The position numbers and the translations under genes are program-made. A stretch of DNA of 64,000 bases, taken from positions 32,001-96,000 of the IMG/VR virus record IMGVR_UViG_3300020011_000226. The stretch is one strand, 5' to 3'. Below are positions 58,914 to 64,000 of this stretch, piece after piece. The notes under the pieces were generated by a model. The model saw nothing but the letters and a program-made list of their open reading frames with translations, ran no database searches and had not been told where the DNA came from. Within the stretch, counting starts at the first letter, position 1. The number at the start of each line of letters is the position of its first letter. Source of the stretch: a virus. Taxonomy: Duplodnaviria > Caudoviricetes.

Positions 58914-60094
58914 ATCTCATTTACTGAATAAATGGTTTTAACTTTACTGAAGCCTTCAATAGCTTTTAGCACCAACTCTTCCTCACGGGTTCCTTTATAA
59001 TATGGAAAGATGATAACTGGGTCTTTGTGACGAAGACTACGGCCTATCCTCTGAGGCACTACAACATCGGAGGAAGAAAGATTGCAGAATACTGCATACT
59101 TACAATCTACAAGATTGGCATTCTCATTGAGGATATTCACTGCTGTGATATGGTCAATCTTCTTGGCATTGAAATCTTCATATACCTTTGTAGCCAACTT
59201 GTTCTGAGAATGGATACAGTTCTTGCCAAGCTGTTCAGTCTGGGCAATAGTCTTACAGAAAGTAATAGTACGCTCCTTGTCAAGATGGTGGAGGATAAGC
59301 TTCACCCATTGCAGCTTACAGTCAGCAAGGAATTCCAATCTCTTGCCACACATATAGAGCCAAGTCTGCTTCATAGCAGGATTACCTGTCATGGTTTTCT
59401 TCTTATACCACTCTATCATCTGGTCAAGTTCCATCAGCTTTTGCTTCTGAGTGCAACGGAGGATGGCATGGACTTTCTGTTTCTTGTATTTCCAGTAGTC
59501 TTTGTACTCTCCCCGCACAGTAGGGCCTTTTGCCTTTGGATTCAGCTCAATGGTCTCACTCAGACGGGTGTTCTCTACTTGAAGGGGGAAGAGCAGAATA
59601 GTAGGTTCTGGCAGCACTTCATCTTCAATAGCCTCTATGATGTCACAGGAGACCACCTGAGAGTGATACCTATACTTGAAGAATTGCTTTACTGTGCGGG
59701 GAATAGTGGCACTGAGACCAATCATGTAGTCATACTTGATAGTCTTAAGAGCCTCTAAACGCATCTCACTACCTACATGGTGGACTTCATCAAGAATGAT
59801 TATATTCCACTTCTCATTACAGTGCTTGTGAAGAGACTCATAGCACTCCATAGTAACATCACATTGAATGCCTCCCCATTTCTCTATCTCTTCTTTCCAA
59901 GTCTGCTTATGCACCCTTTTAGCTACCAACAACAACACTTTAGGTCTGTAGGACTGCCAGACAGACTCAGCTAACCAATTAGCCAATTTAAGACTAACAG
60001 CTGTTTTACCCATTCCAGTTGCAGCCTCTAAGAGTAGTACATTGGTTTTAGTAAGGGCTCTCTGACATGCCCCATAGATTTCATCTCTTGTCAT
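58910..60094 (-). CDS. Superfamily 2 helicase (DExH)
   Basis: ATGMGKT, ILDEVHH, GLSAT and QRIGRSLR motifs. Confidence 0.92.
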   Translation of the reverse strand: MTRDEIYGACQRALTKTNVLLLEAATGMGKTAVSLKLANWLAESVWQSYRPKVLLLVAKRVHKQTWKEEIEKWGGIQCDVTMECYESLHKHCNEKWNIIILDEVHHVGSEMRLEALKTIKYDYMIGLSATIPRTVKQFFKYRYHSQVVSCDIIEAIEDEVLPEPTILLFPLQVENTRLSETIELNPKAKGPTVRGEYKDYWKYKKQKVHAILRCTQKQKLMELDQMIEWYKKKTMTGNPAMKQTWLYMCGKRLEFLADCKLQWVKLILHHLDKERTITFCKTIAQTEQLGKNCIHSQNKLATKVYEDFNAKKIDHITAVNILNENANLVDCKYAVFCNLSSSDVVVPQRIGRSLRHKDPVIIFPYYKGTREEELVLKAIEGFSKVKTIYSVNEI

Positions 60095-60130
60095 AATTAA
60101 CTATACCAAATTTCTGGAATACCTGTTATA

Positions 60131-60352
60131 TCATGCTGCTTCATGTGCTTCAATGCTTGAGAGATAGCTGTCAGCCTCACTGTCAAGGAATTCATTGTAG
60201 GCAATTTCCTCATCAATGGACTTGCTGATTAGCTGATTGAGTTCATAGATGCAATCCATTACACCGTCTTTATAGGAAGAAGGGTAGATTGAGGAATCTA
60301 CCCTTCCTTGCCAGCTATTGACAAGCTGCTGTAAGTCACTAATGTAAATCAT
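60131..60352 (-). CDS. Hypothetical protein
   Basis: ATGA overlap with the upstream gene suggests the start MIYISDL. Confidence 0.55.
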   Translation of the reverse strand: MIYISDLQQLVNSWQGRVDSSIYPSSYKDGVMDCIYELNQLISKSIDEEIAYNEFLDSEADSYLSSIEAHEAA

Positions 60353-60663
60353 AAGCCACAGATAATATTCACCAGTCTGCGCCAAATAGATGGAGGAGTT
60401 TCTACACCCATACCATTCTTACGGTTCTTAGAGACATGGCAGGTACTGGCTGTAAAGAAGCATAGTGCTTCTGGTTTCTTAGAGAGTACTGTGTACCAAT
60501 GAGACTGCACAGCTGCTGGGGTACGCCCAATCTCCTCTGCTACAATGAAGAAGCACCGAGTGAGGTTCTGTGGACGAGCCTTGATCTGTCTTAACAGGCG
60601 GTCATCTTCTGTAATTGTCCACTTCTTGTTAGCATTCTCAACTGTTGAATTGTTGTTTGACAT
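60349..60663 (-). CDS. Myb/SANT-like HTH DNA-binding protein
   Basis: KKWTITEDDRLL...VAEEIGRTPAAVQSHWY. Confidence 0.7.
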   Translation of the reverse strand: MSNNNSTVENANKKWTITEDDRLLRQIKARPQNLTRCFFIVAEEIGRTPAAVQSHWYTVLSKKPEALCFFTASTCHVSKNRKNGMGVETPPSIWRRLVNIICGL

Positions 60664-61156
60664 AAATTTAAAGAATTAATTATTAATAATGATGCTGCCG
60701 TAGATAGCAGCATGATGAACTGTTACAAAAACACATCCTACCTTCACAGGCAAGATGTGATCACTAATAACTGAAAACTCGAAATACATAAAATTTAATA
60801 ACAATAAAAAGTACAATACCACCGTATTGAAAAATGAACGTAATAGTATTATGAAATACGGGAATTAGCAAAAGAAAGCAGTCTGGTCTGTCTCAGATAA
60901 GACTGCTGGTGTCCTATGGTACTGATTTTTATGTATAAACAACCCATAGGACTGAGAATTAAAAACCTAAAACTTAAACATTACTACTAAAACAAATCTA
61001 TGAAAACACCGCTGTGTTAAACTTTAAATATAAGACACATGAAGAAATTTGTCTTTGAAAAAGCTGTCTTATGTCTTCACAGATTGAGACAGCCGTATCA
61101 TCCTAAAACAATCTTATTACCGAAATGACTAAAATATTTTATTAACTTAACTTATG

Positions 61157-61245
61157 TGGTACTGACAGGATTCCAACCTGCAACACTCTTTTGAGTGACC
61201 TCTTTAGGAGAGAGGGGCGGTCATGCAGTTACGCTTTACAGTACC
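61157..61245 (-). tRNA. Atypical tRNA, anticodon CCU (Arg), long variable arm
   Basis: Acceptor GGTACTG/CAGTACC-A; anticodon arm CCTCT-CTCCTAA-AGAGG; variable arm CACTC-AAAA-GAGTG; T arm GCAGG-TTGGAAT-CCTGT. Confidence 0.75.
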
Positions 61246-61252
61246 TTATAGA

Positions 61253-61372
61253 CTATGCTCTTCTATAGTATTGACTTTTACCATTTGGAGCATTCTTGTT
61301 TCTACTACCAAAGTTTTCTGTTAGAGCATGACAATTAGAACAAAGAACTTGAAGATTACTTTCTTCATTATT
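61253..61372 (-). pseudogene. C-terminal fragment of an HNH endonuclease
   Basis: NNEESNLQVLCSNCHALTENFGSR with no start codon and an in-frame stop just upstream. Confidence 0.7.
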
Positions 61373-61392
61373 ACGGAACAGTTGTTTTTAAT

Positions 61393-61424
61393 GATGCCGC
61401 TACTATCCGCTGAGCTACAGGGCC
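61393..61424 (-). pseudogene. 5' half of a tRNA gene
   Basis: GGCCCTGTAGCTCAGCGGATAGTAGCGGCATC gives an acceptor 5' strand and D arm; no anticodon or T arm follows. Confidence 0.65.
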
Positions 61425-61438
61425 TTGATTAAACATGG

Positions 61439-61448
61439 TGCAAAGATA
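61439..61448 (-). promoter_or_regulatory. -7 box TATCTTTGCA for the tRNA locus
   Basis: TAnnTTTG box about 15 nt upstream of the tRNA fragment. Confidence 0.7.
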
Positions 61449-61633
61449 CTATCCTCGCACCATTTATGGAAGAACCTTAATTTCTCATTTAGGAATTAGG
61501 TGTCAAAGTATAGAGGCGGTGATGTGTGGCTTGACTGCTTGCCTGATCACTGCTCAGGAGGATTCAGATACAAGGAAGGTGTAATTAACAAGTATTCCTC
61601 TATGCGGCTATACCTAATATTAATAACCTCCAC

Positions 61634-62059
61634 CTACACCCTCACCCCTTCTCTTTCAGCTTCTAATGCAAGTCCTTTCTCTATCAGTCCTCTATAATCA
61701 ATATGATGTTCATTAAGCCAATCCAGTAATTTGGAACAACTTTCTTCTCCAACAAAGACCGATTCATTTTTATCCCATTTTCTACTATCGGATATTATAC
61801 CACCGTTGAAAATCTGAAAAAATCCTTCAAATTTATTTTCAAAATCTTTTTTCTCTTCTTCAGTAATGGAATCTATAGAGCGAAGGTATGGGACGGCACG
61901 ATACTTTATGATACTATAAATTATACTCTGCGTCAAAGTCATAGAGGTTCTACCATCTAATTCAAAATCATTTCCTACCTCTTGATTTTTCATTACTACT
62001 CCGTAAGGCAATCTAGCACAAAGATCCCTTAATAGAAGTTCCTTATCTTCTTGTGTCAT
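61634..62059 (-). CDS. Hypothetical protein (Bacteroidota phage family, LLLRDLCARLPYGV)
   Basis: DLCARLPYG...PYLR...DWLNEHHIDYRGLIEKGLALEA pattern. Confidence 0.7.
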   Translation of the reverse strand: MTQEDKELLLRDLCARLPYGVVMKNQEVGNDFELDGRTSMTLTQSIIYSIIKYRAVPYLRSIDSITEEEKKDFENKFEGFFQIFNGGIISDSRKWDKNESVFVGEESCSKLLDWLNEHHIDYRGLIEKGLALEAEREGVRV

Positions 62060-62400
62060 AACTTTCTAATATCTTTTTTATTGTTTTTATAATATTCAAT
62101 TAACCAATCAAGGTAATCAAGTCTTCCTGTAGACCAATCACCTACTGGCCACCAATAACAAGATTCGTGATTATTATACGCTCCAAAATCAAAGACTTTT
62201 CTTCCACCAAATAATGGAAAATAATACTGAATAAATTCAATAGAAGGATAAAGACCAGTCAATGGGCGTAAAGTACAAGCAATAGCATTACATAGACACT
62301 TATATCTACTATGATTTTCCCTTACAGCCATAAGTACATCAACCCTATAAATAGGTCGATGGAAAAGCTTCTTGAGTTTTAATTTTGTTGTTGCTTTCAT
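62056..62400 (-). CDS. Hypothetical protein
   Basis: Coupled ORF, AT-rich. Confidence 0.55.
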   Translation of the reverse strand: MKATTKLKLKKLFHRPIYRVDVLMAVRENHSRYKCLCNAIACTLRPLTGLYPSIEFIQYYFPLFGGRKVFDFGAYNNHESCYWWPVGDWSTGRLDYLDWLIEYYKNNKKDIRKL

Positions 62401-62402
62401 AA

Positions 62403-62597
62403 CTATTTCCTATACTTTTTATGATAATAACAATCAATCATAATAAATGCAATCAAGAGTCCCCAATTAAACACTGGAGAAAAGAGTAAAAACAAGAAAA
62501 GCCAATCAGTAAAATCTATTCTATTACCTTTATAATAAGTCCACACTATAATAATTACAGTAGGCAATAACAATAATATTAACCATAATATTGTCAT
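62403..62597 (-). CDS. Small membrane protein
   Basis: Two hydrophobic helices. Confidence 0.55.
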   Translation of the reverse strand: MTILWLILLLLPTVIIIVWTYYKGNRIDFTDWLFLFLLFSPVFNWGLLIAFIMIDCYYHKKYRK

Positions 62598-62724
62598 AAC
62601 TATTCTTTTTATAGTCTATCAAAATCTTCTATTGTTGGTATTTCTGGACGTTTCATTTCATCTACAAAGAAAAGAATTATTCCACAAATAAATGTTACCA
62701 TTATAATAATAAATGTTTTCATAA

Positions 62725-62913
62725 CTATTTCTTTTTAAATATTACTACTGAATCAACTGGAACATTACCCTCATAGGTAATTTTTAGTTCTGTCTTGCCT
62801 TGATATACATCAAGAGCTGTAGGAGTGGTTATAACTGTATATAATAACCACATCGACAATATAAATATGCCGATAAATATACTATTGAGTATTTTTATAG
62901 CCTTTTTTCCCAT
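62725..62913 (-). CDS. Small membrane protein
   Basis: TM helix plus PTALDVYQGKTELKITY motif. Confidence 0.6.
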   Translation of the reverse strand: MGKKAIKILNSIFIGIFILSMWLLYTVITTPTALDVYQGKTELKITYEGNVPVDSVVIFKKK

Positions 62914-62917
62914 AATC

Positions 62918-63199
62918 TTATTCTCCTTTCATTTCTTTACGATAATATTCTATAATTTCATCAACTTTAACTGTAAATTGCATTCCTGCTTTATCAGTAT
63001 AAGTCTTAGCAGTACAAATGTTTTCTTTTAGCCACTTACAAGTTTCTTCAATCACTTCTTCTTTTACAATCTTAGCAACTTCTCTTACGTTATCAGGAGT
63101 GAGCCAAGGTTCAAAACCATAAATGTTCGCAGTAAGTGATTTTGAGAGGTTACTACCACTCTTTGCATGTTGCTTAATAAATTCTTCTGCTTTGCTCAT
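62918..63199 (-). CDS. Hypothetical protein
   Basis: Likely start MSKAEEF. Confidence 0.55.
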   Translation of the reverse strand: MSKAEEFIKQHAKSGSNLSKSLTANIYGFEPWLTPDNVREVAKIVKEEVIEETCKWLKENICTAKTYTDKAGMQFTVKVDEIIEYYRKEMKGE

Positions 63200-63370
63200 A
63201 GTTGTATTATTTACCCTCTTCTTTAGTACCGTATATTGTGAAACGAAGCTTATACCTACAGTCTGGGCAAATACACCGTCCACCAAGATTATAAGATTCT
63301 CTACTGTTAAAAGGCTTATTGCATTGATGGCAAATTATTCTATATTTAAGTGGTATTTTTTTATTCATAA

Positions 63371-63754
63371 CTATTTTTTCTTAATATAGTTGTTTTTTAA
63401 CAACCAAATAACCATTTCATAAGCTGCCTCTATGAGATTATCGTAGTATTGTGTAGCATGAGCATACGTGTCAAATTGATAACCATCCCAATGTCTTAAT
63501 ATAGGATATTCTTTTGGATAATCTTTATATTTAATCATAGGCATAGCATCAATAAGAGCTCCGACAGACCAACAAGGGAGATAATCAAACACACGTTCCT
63601 CACCTCTTTCTGCTAAATCATCTTTAATAAAAGGAGACCCCAGAACAGTACTTCCATCATCCCTATGTAACAAATATTCCATATCAGCAGTATTAGGGTC
63701 AAGACCCAACTCTAATAATTTCTTGGACTGTTCTATAGACGTATAATATTTCAT
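63371..63754 (-). CDS. Hypothetical protein
   Basis: TSIEQSKKLLELGLDPNTADM...PCWSVGAL...AAYEMVIWLL pattern of Bacteroidota phage proteins. Confidence 0.7.
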   Translation of the reverse strand: MKYYTSIEQSKKLLELGLDPNTADMEYLLHRDDGSTVLGSPFIKDDLAERGEERVFDYLPCWSVGALIDAMPMIKYKDYPKEYPILRHWDGYQFDTYAHATQYYDNLIEAAYEMVIWLLKNNYIKKK

Positions 63755-63936
63755 AATGATTCTCCTTTTAATTCTCTAACTTTAGCTTCAAATAGTGCTC
63801 TTACAATAGTTCCCTTTCCCAGTGCTGCTATAAGAGGTTCAAACTCTTTAAGCATAGCATAAGCACCATCTTCAAAATTTGTTTGTAATCTACATGCTTT
63901 AGCGGCATTAATTGCTGCCATTTCTTTTATAGTCAT
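63751..63936 (-). CDS. Hypothetical protein
   Basis: ATGA-coupled small ORF. Confidence 0.5.
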   Translation of the reverse strand: MTIKEMAAINAAKACRLQTNFEDGAYAMLKEFEPLIAALGKGTIVRALFEAKVRELKGESL

Positions 63937-64000
63937 AGTTACTCTCCTTTAAGTTGTTGTTCTTTCTGCCACCGAGCACCTGCCTTGAAAGCAATAGCAA

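Noticed and set aside
60664-61155. CRISPR mini-array
   Set aside because: There are no identical, regularly spaced direct repeats; only hairpins sharing a short loop.
95-63389. Numerous short ORFs antisense to or nested within long genes (e.g. 59027-59758, 30278-30868, 57531-58097)
   Set aside because: They are shadow ORFs of well-supported genes, with no motifs or expression signals.
1-64000. Stop-codon reassignment (TAG/TGA), known in some crAss-like phages
   Set aside because: Giant ORFs are intact under the standard code, TAG and TGA end genes at sensible boundaries, and the tRNA anticodon reads CCU rather than CUA.
1-64000. Integrase, transposase, rRNA or DGR reverse transcriptase
   Set aside because: No matching motifs or template/variable repeat pairs were seen.

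Overview
This window is about 64 kb of a crAss-like (Crassvirales-type) bacteriophage genome with a Bacteroidota host. The host call rests on repeated TAnnTTTG promoter boxes; the standard genetic code is used. Layout: 1-11.4 kb (+) encodes virion cargo/ejection proteins, including a 2735-aa protein with a C-terminal PD-(D/E)XK domain. 11.4-20.6 kb is an accessory zone with a modular cargo-like protein, a holin-like gene plus DUF5675, and a P63C/RNase HI/Rep-like cassette beside two structured RNA leaders. 20.6-33.2 kb (-) holds the virion RNA polymerase (DFDID motif) and a 1596-aa partner. 33-40 kb is small accessory genes. 40-60.6 kb (-) is the replication/metabolism module (PolA, dUTPase, NrdG, nucleases, UDG, primase, SSB-like, AAA ATPase, DnaB, SF2 helicase). 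A decayed tRNA locus and AT-rich small genes follow. The most notable feature is an apparently complete phage-encoded ubiquitin-like conjugation operon (Ubl precursor, E2-like, JAB/MPN+, E1/ThiF, coupled unknown gene) at 47.5-52.5 kb. Other highlights are a recurring xxGG motif in cargo proteins, terminal cysteines that could chain the three giant proteins, strong CpG depletion, and an atypical long-arm tRNA(CCU). All assignments come from motif recognition by eye; no database searches were run.
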